Shown one piece after another: positions 29,006-38,278 of a stretch of 64,000 nt of DNA; positions within the stretch are counted from its first letter, which is position 1; every line of letters begins with the position of its first letter. A program made the position numbers and the translations under genes. The DNA comes from Dehalococcoidia bacterium (GTDB lineage Bacteria > Chloroflexota > Dehalococcoidia > UBA2979). Location of the stretch: assembly GCA_965262725.1 (NCBI GenBank), contig OZ253555.1, positions 896,001 to 960,000 of the forward strand, read 5' to 3'. A model generated the notes under the pieces. The model worked only from the letters and a program-made list of their open reading frames with translations. It was not told the DNA's origin and searched no databases.

Positions 29006-30274
29006 CTACGCGCCGAGGAGCGCCTCCGTCTCGGCGTCGTAGCGATCGCCGATGGCGCACGCTTCCTCCAGCGCGCGAATCTCGTCTGAGTCGTAGCCGA
29101 GATCGGTGAGCACCTCGCGGTTGTGCTCGCCGATCAGCCCGCTGCCGCGCTCGTACTCCGGGGAATCGGGCTCCATCTGCCACAGGAAGCCCGGAAAGAG
29201 TCGCATGCCGAAGTAGGGCTGGTCCACGGGCTTGAACCAGCCGCGGTGCTGCAGCTGTGGCGAAGGAAGCATGGCGGAGGGGGCCGCGACCGGCGCGGCG
29301 ATGACGCCGGCGGTCTGGAGCTCGTCCGCGGCGTCGGCGTGCGGGCGCTTCCGCGTGAAGGCCGCGACCTCGCGATCGATCTCCTCGCGCGCCGCGAGCC
29401 GCCCCGGGACGCTCGCCCAGGGATGGCCGTCCTCGGCCCACTCCGGGTGGCCAAGCACGCCGGCGAGCCCGGCCCACTGCGCGTCGGTCTCGGCGGCGAC
29501 CGTCACCCACTGCTCGGGTCCGGCTGAGGGGTAGCAGCCGTGTGGCACGACGTAGGGATCGCGGTTCCCGAGCGGCCCCGGTACGCGTCCGGCAAGCTCC
29601 GACTCGCCCAGGGAGCCTGCGAGCGCCCAGGCGAACCCCTCGGCCTGCGAGAGGTCGATGAATGAGCCCTCGCCGGTTCTCTCGCGCCGGCTGAGCGCGG
29701 TGAGCGCGGCGAAGACGACCTCGATGGGGGAGGTCGCGTCGGTGTGGAACCCCCCCGGCACGTCCTCCACGTCCCTCCCCGGCACGCCGCGGAGGGAGAC
29801 GTGTCCGACGTGAGCGTCGATGCTGGAGCCAAGGGCGACGTAGCCGCGGTAGGGGCCGCGCACGCCCCAGGCCGGCATCGAGATCATCGAGATGCGGGGG
29901 TTCAGGGTGTGTACGCTCTCCCAGCCGAAGCCTGCCCGGTCGATGGTCCCCGCCGCGAAGCCCTCGATGACGATGTCCCCCCATGCAAGCAGCCGGCGGA
30001 GCACCTCGGCGCCCCCTTCGGAGCGGAAGTCGATCGCGATGTGGCGCTTGTTTCGGTTCCCCTGGATCTGCGAGTCGACGCGCTCGTAGACCGGGCCGGG
30101 GCCGTCGGCGACCCGGGCGTCGGGCACGAGGGGACGCGTCAACGAGCGGCGGGGGAACGACTCCACCTTGATGACATCGGCACCCATGTCGCCGAGGAGG
30201 CAGGCGCCGAAGGGCCCGGCCCAGACTTCGGCGAGGTCGATCACGCGGATGCCGGCGAGCGCCGTGCTCGTCAT
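29006..30274 (-). CDS. Family III CoA-transferase (catalytic Asp present); close paralog of 27713-28981
   Basis: WAGP, LGDMGADVIKVES, NRNKR and FHTDATSP. Confidence 0.9.
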   Translation of the reverse strand: MTSTALAGIRVIDLAEVWAGPFGACLLGDMGADVIKVESFPRRSLTRPLVPDARVADGPGPVYERVDSQIQGNRNKRHIAIDFRSEGGAEVLRRLLAWGDIVIEGFAAGTIDRAGFGWESVHTLNPRISMISMPAWGVRGPYRGYVALGSSIDAHVGHVSLRGVPGRDVEDVPGGFHTDATSPIEVVFAALTALSRRERTGEGSFIDLSQAEGFAWALAGSLGESELAGRVPGPLGNRDPYVVPHGCYPSAGPEQWVTVAAETDAQWAGLAGVLGHPEWAEDGHPWASVPGRLAAREEIDREVAAFTRKRPHADAADELQTAGVIAAPVAAPSAMLPSPQLQHRGWFKPVDQPYFGMRLFPGFLWQMEPDSPEYERGSGLIGEHNREVLTDLGYDSDEIRALEEACAIGDRYDAETEALLGA

Positions 30275-30308
30275 CGCCCGACCCCGTGCGCCGCCTGGTC
30301 GAGGATGC

Positions 30309-31490
30309 TCATCCCGTGACCCCCGCCCGGAAGAGCGCAATCTGCTCGTCGCGGCTGTAGCCGAGCGCGTCGAGGATCTCGCCTCCGTGCTCGCCGAAGC
30401 GGGGCGAGGGTTGCGCCTCCCACGCCTCCTCCATCTGGAACGGCGCGCCGTGGATCGTGACCGGGCCGACAAGCGGCTGCTCGACCTGAACGAACGACCC
30501 GCGCGCCTTCGCCTGCGGGTCCTGGGTCACCTCGGACATGTCGAGCACCGGCGCCACCATCACGCGGTGCTTCTGCATCTCGTGGAAGACCTCCGCACGT
30601 GTGCGGGCGTCGAGCCACGGCCCCAGGTATTCCATGAAGTCAGCCCAGTGTTGCGACTTGGCGATCGGCTCGTTGAACCGGGGATCGTCGACGAGCTCAG
30701 GGTGCCCGATCGCGTCGCAGAGGCGCTGGAACTGCGGGCCCAGCGTTGCCGCGAACATCACGTAGCCGTCCCTGCAGGCGTAGTTGCCGATCGGGTAATT
30801 CTCGGTCATCCGCCCGCGGGCGCGCCGCTCCGTGCCGAGCAGCACCCAGTCGATGTAGCCGGTGTCGACGTTGCCGGCGAGCGCCTCCACGCCGGAGACG
30901 TCGACGTGTCGCCTGGTGCGGTCGTGCGCCTGTCCCCAGGCCGCCCCGAGGCCCACCGCCGCGGCGGTTGCCCCGACTTGCATCGTGGCGACGTTGGGGG
31001 CGTAGCGCAGCGGCTCGCCGTCCTGCCCCACGGCGTGGCGGTACATCCTGGTCGTCCACGCGAACATCGACATGTCGTTCTCAACGCGGCCGGCGTAGGG
31101 GCCGTCGAGCCCGTGCGCGGAGATCGCGACCGTGGAGGCGCCGGACTCGGCGTCGACGACCCCGAGCACGCGCGCTGCCGACTCCGGGGGGAGCTGCACG
31201 AAGAGTAGCTGCGCCCCGGAGCAGAGCCGTCCGAGCACCTCACGACCCGACGGCGTCTCGACGTCGAGCACTATCGATCGCTTCCCGGTGTCGAGGGCAA
31301 GGTGGTAGGCGCCGGTGTCGAGGTGCGGGCGATCGTCGGCGAAGGGGGGCGTGCGCCGGAGCTCGCCCCCGGCCGGGGGCTCGACCTTCACCACCTCGGC
31401 ACCGAAGTCGGAGAACTGCTTCGTCGCCGCCGCGACCGCGATGGTCCCGCCGACCTCGATGACGCGCATTCCGGCGAGCGGTTGATCCAT
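30309..31490 (-). CDS. Family III CoA-transferase, probable non-catalytic subunit
   Basis: FGAEVVKVEPP and DTGKRS; expected Asp position reads NVATMQVG. Confidence 0.85.
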   Translation of the reverse strand: MDQPLAGMRVIEVGGTIAVAAATKQFSDFGAEVVKVEPPAGGELRRTPPFADDRPHLDTGAYHLALDTGKRSIVLDVETPSGREVLGRLCSGAQLLFVQLPPESAARVLGVVDAESGASTVAISAHGLDGPYAGRVENDMSMFAWTTRMYRHAVGQDGEPLRYAPNVATMQVGATAAAVGLGAAWGQAHDRTRRHVDVSGVEALAGNVDTGYIDWVLLGTERRARGRMTENYPIGNYACRDGYVMFAATLGPQFQRLCDAIGHPELVDDPRFNEPIAKSQHWADFMEYLGPWLDARTRAEVFHEMQKHRVMVAPVLDMSEVTQDPQAKARGSFVQVEQPLVGPVTIHGAPFQMEEAWEAQPSPRFGEHGGEILDALGYSRDEQIALFRAGVTG

Positions 31491-31601
31491 CTCTCGTCAC
31501 CTCCGCCGCGCGGCGCCCGGTAGGCATCCGAATATCACGGCCGAGCGCCTCGCGCGTCAACGCTCGCAGGGCCTCGGCCGGCCCGGGTCGCGTCCGACCG
31601 G

Positions 31602-33167
31602 CTAGTGGGGGCCCCCCCGCCTCGCCCGGGACACGACCAGGAGCAGGAGCAGCGCCGCGCCGCCCGCGACGGCCGCGAGCAGGGGGGTGGCACGTCGGGG
31701 CATCGCCCCCGACGGCGCGCGGGCGCTCGCCCCCGCGGCAGGCGGCCTTGCATCGGCCGGCTCCGCTCCGCTTCGGGTGGGAGCGGGCCGCGGGCCGGCA
31801 TCCGCGCCTGTGCCGGCACCCGCCGCCGGCAGGGCGGGCGTCTCGATGCGCTCCCGCTCCAACGGCCGGGGCGGCGCGCGCCGCCCCGGCGGCGTCGGCG
31901 CGATGACCACGAGCACGGTCGCAAGGAGGGAGAAGAGCGCGAGCACCGCGAAGACCCCGTCGTAGCTCTCGAAGGCGTCGAAGTAGAGCGAGACCATGAA
32001 CGGTCCCGCCGCCGAGAAGACGAGCTGGAAGGGCATCGCGACGCCGCGCACGCCGCCGAGGTAGCGGCGTCCGAAGAAGGCCGCCCAGATCACCTCCTGC
32101 ATCGGCACGAATCCGGCGATCCCGGATCCGAAGGTGAGAAAGCCGAGCGCGACGAAGGGCGTGCTGCCGGCGCGGGCCGCCGGGATGACGATCGTCATCG
32201 CTGCGGCGGTGGCGAGGAAGGCTGCGGCCGCGAGCAGCCGCGGCTGGATGCGCTCCGCGAGCAGGCCCCAGAACGGTCGGGTCAGAAGACCCGGCAGCGC
32301 GAAGAGCGAGAGCATCGCCGCCGCGGTCGTGCGGCTGAATCCCGAGTCGGTGAGGAAGGGGATCGTCTGCGCGCCGAGCGCCGTAAAGGAGAGCCCCCCG
32401 AAGCCGAATGCCGCGATCAGGAGCCAGAGCGAGGTACTCCGGATCGCCTCGCGGCGCGTCAGGGAAGTGTCATAGTCGAGCCGGGCGAACTCGGCCTCGG
32501 CGGCGCTGCCCGGATCCTCCGCGCCGCGTCCGTCGGGAAGCAGCCCGTGGTCCTCCGGCTGCCTCCGCATGACCAGTGCCGCCGAGACCATGAGGATGAG
32601 CGTTGCGACCGCGAGCACACGCCAGCCGGTGCGCCAGTCGTAGCCGTCGACGACGGGCGTCAGCAAGGTCGGGGTGAGGACGCCCGCGAGCGAGAGCCCG
32701 GTGACCGCGATGCCGAGCGCGCGCCCGCGATAGCGGACGAACCACTTCGAGAGCACGACGTTGGCGACAAGCAGGCCGCCCAGGCCGATCCCGATCGCCT
32801 GCACGACGCCGCGCAGCACGATCCACTGCCAGAGCTCGGTGACCTCGGCGGTGGCGAGAAGCGCGGCCGACGTGACGAGCCCCCCAACGATCATCAGCAT
32901 GCGCCCGCCGTGGCGATCGATGAGCCCGCCGATGAGCGCGCCGACGATCGCCATCACGAACTGCGAGATCGTGAGCGCGATGATGAATTCAGTGCGCGAC
33001 CAGCCGAGGTCGTCGGTCATCGGCACGAAGAAGACGCCGGTGGAGTAGCCCTGCAGGCAGGCGGACATGCCGTTGGTGGCGAGTGCCGCGCCGACGATGT
33101 ACCAGCCGTAGTAGATGCGCCCGCGGGGCCGAGCCGGCGCCGCGCGGACCAGGGGATCGCCGCTCAC
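31602..33167 (-). CDS. MFS transporter
   Basis: IYYGWYIV, GGLIDRHGGR, KWFVRYRGRA and FFGRRYLG; GTG 33167 overlaps the upstream stop. Confidence 0.88.
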   Translation of the reverse strand: MSGDPLVRAAPARPRGRIYYGWYIVGAALATNGMSACLQGYSTGVFFVPMTDDLGWSRTEFIIALTISQFVMAIVGALIGGLIDRHGGRMLMIVGGLVTSAALLATAEVTELWQWIVLRGVVQAIGIGLGGLLVANVVLSKWFVRYRGRALGIAVTGLSLAGVLTPTLLTPVVDGYDWRTGWRVLAVATLILMVSAALVMRRQPEDHGLLPDGRGAEDPGSAAEAEFARLDYDTSLTRREAIRSTSLWLLIAAFGFGGLSFTALGAQTIPFLTDSGFSRTTAAAMLSLFALPGLLTRPFWGLLAERIQPRLLAAAAFLATAAAMTIVIPAARAGSTPFVALGFLTFGSGIAGFVPMQEVIWAAFFGRRYLGGVRGVAMPFQLVFSAAGPFMVSLYFDAFESYDGVFAVLALFSLLATVLVVIAPTPPGRRAPPRPLERERIETPALPAAGAGTGADAGPRPAPTRSGAEPADARPPAAGASARAPSGAMPRRATPLLAAVAGGAALLLLLVVSRARRGGPH

Positions 33168-34507
33168 GGGGCGGGCGGCGCCCCCGCGGCGGGCCGCCTC
33201 GGCGCGCCGGGGGGACGGGGCGGCGTCGCGAGCAGGAAGAAGCCCGAGCCGGCGGCAGCCAGCGCCGCGAGCAGCAGGAAGGCGCCGCGGTAGCTGCCAA
33301 AGCCGTCGACGAAGGCACCGACCACGAGCGGACCGATGGTCATCCCGGCCATCGCGAAGATGTTCGCGAACCCCATGATCACGCCGAAGGCGCGCCGACC
33401 GAAGTAGTCCGCGCGGATCGACCCCATCAGCGGGCCGCGCACCCCCCACGCGAAACCGTGGATCACGGCGAACGCGAGCACCATCCAGAGCGCGTTCGCC
33501 GTCGCCAGGGTTGCCAGCGCCACCGCGTGCGCCACCATGCAGAGGGCCGCCGTGAGCCTCTTGTTGACGCGGTCGCCGATGGCGCCTCCGATCAGCATGC
33601 CCGCGGCCTGCAGCAGTGTGAGCAGCAGCACGACCTGGGAGGCGCCCTGTAGCGAGTAGCCGAGCTCCTCCGTGGCATAGGGGACGAAGTGCACCAAAAG
33701 CGCCGCGACGAACATGAGCGCGGTGCCGTGGCCCGCCGAGACGAGCCAGAAGGCTGGCGCGCGGAGCGCCTCGCCGACGGTGAAGTCGATGCCCCCCGCC
33801 GGCGAGGGCACCTCGCGCTCGGCGGCCTCCTCGGGGTCGATCCCGTCGGGATGCTCGCCGAGCTCGCCCGGGCGGTGACGCATCACGTGCACCATCGGCG
33901 CGCCGAGCGCGATCGAGAGCACGCCGGAGAGGAAGGCCGTCTCGCGCCAGCCCCAGCCCTCGAGAGCCAGCGCGACGACCGGCTGCAGGACGCCTCCAAA
34001 CGCGAAGCCCATGAAGGCGATCGCGATCGCGAGCGAACGCCGCCGCTCGAACCAGTGCACGAGCGGCACGAGGATCGAGAGAAATCCGCCCAGGGTCGCC
34101 CCGAGCGAGATGACCAGAAACGCTGCGTAGAAGCCCGCGATGCTGTTGATCTGGCTGAAGAGGATGAGCCCGGCGCCGAAGAGGAGCACGCCGACGTGCA
34201 TCACCGTCCTGGGCCCGAGTCTGTCGAGCAACCAACCCTGACCCGGCCCGGCGGCTCCCTCCACAACGCGCGCGATCGCGAAGCCACCGGCGAGCACCGT
34301 CTTGCTCCAGCCGAACTGCGCGGCGAGGAGCACGACGTAGGCACCGAAGGAGTGGAAGAAGAAGGCGCCCATCAGCGCCTCGATGCCCGCGCCGGCTCCG
34401 ACGATGCGCCAGCCGTAGAAGCGCCACGCCGCCCGGCGGGGACGCGGAGCACCGGGGCCGCGCGGCTCGCCGGCCGTCCCGGGAGCCGCTTCCCCCGTGT
34501 CCGTCAT
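33164..34507 (-). CDS. MFS transporter (OFA/MCT-like)
   Basis: FYGWRIV, GWLLDRLGPR, HWFERRRSLA and ADYFGRRAFG. Confidence 0.9.
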   Translation of the reverse strand: MTDTGEAAPGTAGEPRGPGAPRPRRAAWRFYGWRIVGAGAGIEALMGAFFFHSFGAYVVLLAAQFGWSKTVLAGGFAIARVVEGAAGPGQGWLLDRLGPRTVMHVGVLLFGAGLILFSQINSIAGFYAAFLVISLGATLGGFLSILVPLVHWFERRRSLAIAIAFMGFAFGGVLQPVVALALEGWGWRETAFLSGVLSIALGAPMVHVMRHRPGELGEHPDGIDPEEAAEREVPSPAGGIDFTVGEALRAPAFWLVSAGHGTALMFVAALLVHFVPYATEELGYSLQGASQVVLLLTLLQAAGMLIGGAIGDRVNKRLTAALCMVAHAVALATLATANALWMVLAFAVIHGFAWGVRGPLMGSIRADYFGRRAFGVIMGFANIFAMAGMTIGPLVVGAFVDGFGSYRGAFLLLAALAAAGSGFFLLATPPRPPGAPRRPAAGAPPAP

Positions 34508-34629
34508 GGGAGGCATTGTAGATGGTGGGGTGGGAGCGCATCGGGGGCTGGCCCGCCCCGGGCGTCGCCACCACGCGGCCCCAAAACGCGATAAGCTAGA
34601 GACGGGTGCGAGGCGGTCGGAGGATGCGT

Positions 34630-35235
34630 GTGAGCGAAGGGACAGCCGCTCCGAGCGTGCTCGTCACCGACGAGGCGCTCGCGAAGCTCCAGGACGCAGC
34701 GCGGAGCTTCCCCGAGCCGATCGCGGGGATCCAGATCTCGCTGGTCGGTCGCGGGCCCGAGGGGTTCACGCACCGCCTGGCGCTCGTCGACGAGGGCGAG
34801 GAGCCCGCGGAGGACATCGCTGTCCCGCTCGACGACGGGCTCACGCTCTTCGTCGAGGCGGCCAACGTCGACTACCTCGACGGCGTGACGGTCCACTTCG
34901 ATCCGGCCGATCCGAGTTCCAACGGCTTCGTGTTCCACAATCCGAATCCGCTGTGGCGCGACGAGCTCGCGATGGAACTCCAGCAGCTCATCGACCAGAG
35001 CATCAACCCGGGGATCGCGGCGCACGGGGGCTATGTGACGCTGCTCGACTTCCGTGATCGCGTGGCCTACATCGAGATGGGCGGCGGGTGCCAGGGCTGC
35101 GGGCTCGCCGCCGTGACGCTGACGCAGGGCATCGAGGCCGCCGTGCGCGAGGCCCTTCCCGAAATCGAGCGCATCATCGACACCACCAACCATGAGGGCG
35201 GCGAGAACCCCTACTACGCCCCGCAGAAGAAGTGA
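34630..35235 (+). CDS. nfuA: Fe-S cluster carrier NfuA (degenerate HesB/A-type domain plus NifU-C domain)
   Basis: VTDEALAKL...GFVFHNPN; INPGIAAHGG, MGGGCQGCG and TNHEGGENPYY; RBS GGAGG. Confidence 0.9.
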   Translation: MSEGTAAPSVLVTDEALAKLQDAARSFPEPIAGIQISLVGRGPEGFTHRLALVDEGEEPAEDIAVPLDDGLTLFVEAANVDYLDGVTVHFDPADPSSNGFVFHNPNPLWRDELAMELQQLIDQSINPGIAAHGGYVTLLDFRDRVAYIEMGGGCQGCGLAAVTLTQGIEAAVREALPEIERIIDTTNHEGGENPYYAPQKK

Positions 35236-35245
35236 TGCGTCCGGC

Positions 35246-36826
35246 GTGACCGGGCGCCGCCTCGCCGGGGGTGAGTCGCCGCTCCCGCGGGGCCCGGGGA
35301 GGGCAGCCGACGCCCTGCTCGTCTCGACCTACGAACTCGGGCACCAGCCGCTGCTCCTGGCACAGGCGCAGGCGGCGCTCAGGCAGGCGGGCCACCGCGT
35401 GCGCTGCGTCGACCTCGCCGTCGAGGAGCCAGAGGCGCTGCTCGCCGGCGTCGTCGGCGCGGAGCTGGTGGCGGTTGCCGTCCCGATGCACACGGCGGCG
35501 CGCCTCGCCGTGGCGCTCGCGCCGCGGCTGCGCGAGGCGGCGCCGGCCGCGCACCTCTGCCTCTTCGGACTCTACGCAAGCGAGCTCGGGGAATCGTCTC
35601 CCCGTGTGGCCGCCTCCGGGTCGTCGCTGGCCTCCACCGCCGACTCGCTGGTCGGCGGCGAGTTTGAGCCCGGGCTCGTGGCGCTCGCGGATGCGATCGC
35701 AGCGCGCGCGCCGGGCGTCGCCGCCCGCTCCGTCGCGCCGCCGCCCGGGGGTGAGCCCCGCGGGCCCATCCCCGCGTTCCCGAGGCAGCGCTTCCTGCGG
35801 CCGGAGCGCTCCGGGCTCCCGCCGCTCGAGCACTACGCCCGCTGCGACACCGGCAACGGGCTCGTGCTCGCGGGCTACGTCGAGGCGAGCCGGGGCTGTG
35901 CACACCGGTGCACGCACTGCCCGATCACGCCCGTCTACGGAGGCAGGCTCCGGCTTGTCGACCGCGAAGTCGTGCTGCGCGACGCGGCTCAGCAGATCGA
36001 GGCCGGCGCGGGGCACATCACATTCGGCGATCCGGATTTCCTGAACGCGGTGCCGCACACGCTCGCGATCGTCGACGCGCTGGCGCGGCGCCACCCCGGC
36101 GTCACGTTCGACGCCACGGCGAAGGTGGAGCATCTCCTCGCGCACCGGGAGCTCTTGCCCAGGCTGCGGGATGCCGGGCTGCTCTTCGTCACCTCGGCCT
36201 TCGAGTCGACGAGCGATCACGTTCTGGCGGAGCTGGAGAAGGCTCATGTCGCTGCCGATCTGGAGCGGGTCGTGGAGGTGACGCGTCGGCACGGCGTGGC
36301 GCTCCGCCCGACCTGGGTGGCGTTCACGCCGTGGGGCGGGCTGGGAGACTACCTCGCGATGCTCGACTTCGTGGAGCGTCACGAACTCCACGGCGCTGCT
36401 CCCCCGGTGCAGTACGCGCTCCGGTTGCTGCTCCCGCCGGGCTCGCCCCTTGTGTCGCGGATCGCCTCCGCTGGCCTCCTCGACGGCTTCGATCAGGCGA
36501 GACTGACGTACCGCTGGCGTCACCCCGACCCGCGCATGGAGAGGCTAGCGGCCGACGCCGGGGCCATCGCGAGCGCGGACGCGGCCTCCCCGGCCGCGTG
36601 CGGCGCCCACGCCGGCCGGCGCGCCGCCCTGACCACCGCCGCCGTCCTCGGGGCTCTCCGCGACGCGGCCGCCAGGGCGGCCGGTGTGCCGCCTCCGGGC
36701 CCCTCCGCCGCGGACGCGTCGCCGCCCTTTGTCCCCGGCCTGACCGAGGCCTGGTTCTGCTGAGCGGAGCCCACCGCGGGGCAGTTCGCCTCGCTTCCGG
36801 ACGCCGCCGTTTCGCCCATCGTCTGA
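35246..36826 (+). CDS. CUAEP-tail B12-binding radical SAM selenoprotein (UGA 36761-36763 = Sec)
   Basis: VSTYELGHQP N-terminus and CAHRCTHC radical SAM motif; the frame continues past TGA as EAWFC-U-AEPTAGQFASLPDAAVSPIV to TGA 36824-36826; start approximate. Confidence 0.88.
36765..36799 (+). promoter_or_regulatory. Bacterial SECIS-like hairpin for the radical SAM Sec codon
   Basis: Lower stem CGGAG/TTCCG; upper stem GCGGGGC/GCCTCGC; loop AGTTC begins 19 nt after the UGA. Confidence 0.7.
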
Positions 36827-36851
36827 GCCGACCCAGCGCCCCTAGCGCTCA

Positions 36852-38159
36852 TCACCCCGCGAGGCGCTCCACCTCGATACGGAGAGCGGCGTGCGCGGCG
36901 CGCAGCGCCGCCTCCACCTCGGCCGGGGTCCCGGCGCGGGCGAAGAGGAAGCCCAGGTACTCGCCGCCCTCGGGCAAGGGAACAAGCCGGCGGCCCGGCG
37001 TCACGGTGATCGTGAGACCGGTGATGCCGGCGATCCCCTCCGCCTCGGCGGTACCCGAGACCGATCGCAGGACGCCGGCGCCGGGTATCGGGATCATCAT
37101 CACGCCCGCCGCGGCGCTCTCGCGAGAGTAGCCCGCGGTGGCGGCGGGGCCGCCGACCGCGTCGCGCAGCAACAGTTCCTCAAGCGAGACGCCCGCGCTC
37201 TCGCCCCCCGACCGGGGTGGAGCGAAGCGGAGGGAGCGTGCGCAGAGTCCGCCGATGGAGCGAGCGGCGAGGTCGACCGGCCACGCGCCCGCGTCGTTCA
37301 GGCGCAGCTCGGCGTGGAGCGGCCCCTGCCGGAGTCCGAGCGCGCGTGCGGCGCGCTCAGCGGTTTTGGTCGCGAGCGTCCGCTCGTGGGCGGGCAGCCG
37401 CGACGGCGTGACGTAGATCGTCTCCTCGAAGTAGGGGCCCTCGAGCGGGTCGGGCTTGTCGAAGATCGCCAGCACCCGCAGCCGCGGCTCGCCCTCGGCG
37501 CCTTCCTCGAGCAATCCCTCGATCGCGATCTCGCGCCCTGGAATGTAGCCCTCGACGATCAGGTCGGCGCTACCGCCGCACTCGCGTAAGACCTCCGGGC
37601 GGCGCAGCAGGCCTCGCACCCGTTCCACGGCCACGGTGAAGGCGTCGGGGCCGTCGGCGCGGATCACCCCGCGGCTGCCGGAGAGGGAGAGCGGCTTCAC
37701 CACGCAGGGGTACTCCACCTGCCGGGCGAGGGTCGCGGGATCGTCGTCTTCGCGCAGCCGCCACCAGGGGGGCGAGGGGACGCCGGCCTGAGCAAGTCGC
37801 TCCCTCAGGAGCGACTTGTCGCGCGTCGTGGCGACGGCGGCGACCGGGTTCCCGGGGAGACCGAGGCGCTCTGCGGCGTGCGCGGCGATCAGCGTTCCGC
37901 CGTCGTCGACGGCGACGACCCGATCGAGATCACGTCCCGGCTCGGCGTCGGTGAAGGCGGCTATCTGCCGCGCCGCGCGCTCCGGCTCCGAGAAGTCGAG
38001 CGTCAGGAAGCGCCCGGGGAGGAGCGGTGCGAGCGCGCTCTCCGCGTCGCTCCCGACGACGAGATCGATATCGAGCTCCTTCCCGAGGCGCGACGCCGCT
38101 CCCACGAAGTCGCTGGCGCGGTAGGTCTCGCCGGGGAGCAGCAGCAGCATGCGGGTCAT
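36852..38159 (-). CDS. ATP-grasp domain ligase
   Basis: TRDKSLLR, YPCVVKPLSLSGSRGV, VEGYIPGRE and LHAELR..DLAAR; RBS GGAGG. Confidence 0.9.
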   Translation of the reverse strand: MTRMLLLLPGETYRASDFVGAASRLGKELDIDLVVGSDAESALAPLLPGRFLTLDFSEPERAARQIAAFTDAEPGRDLDRVVAVDDGGTLIAAHAAERLGLPGNPVAAVATTRDKSLLRERLAQAGVPSPPWWRLREDDDPATLARQVEYPCVVKPLSLSGSRGVIRADGPDAFTVAVERVRGLLRRPEVLRECGGSADLIVEGYIPGREIAIEGLLEEGAEGEPRLRVLAIFDKPDPLEGPYFEETIYVTPSRLPAHERTLATKTAERAARALGLRQGPLHAELRLNDAGAWPVDLAARSIGGLCARSLRFAPPRSGGESAGVSLEELLLRDAVGGPAATAGYSRESAAAGVMMIPIPGAGVLRSVSGTAEAEGIAGITGLTITVTPGRRLVPLPEGGEYLGFLFARAGTPAEVEAALRAAHAALRIEVERLAG

Positions 38160-38278
38160 GGTTCCTCCCGGAGGCGATCGTACGCCGCCTGAGTGCGCTA
38201 CCCTCCCGGGCGACCCGCCGCGAGTGCCGACGGACGGGTGGAGAGGCGCGAGCGGGCGGGCGCGGAGAGGGTGGGCAG

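Noticed and set aside
31602-34574. 990-aa giant MFS ORF
   Set aside because: The N-terminal half is an Arg-rich off-frame reading of the upstream MFS gene; the real start is the coupled GTG at 33167.
35233-35250. nfuA TGA as a possible Sec codon or fusion to the radical SAM gene
   Set aside because: NfuA ends at its normal NPYY C-terminus, and the radical SAM gene is in a different frame.
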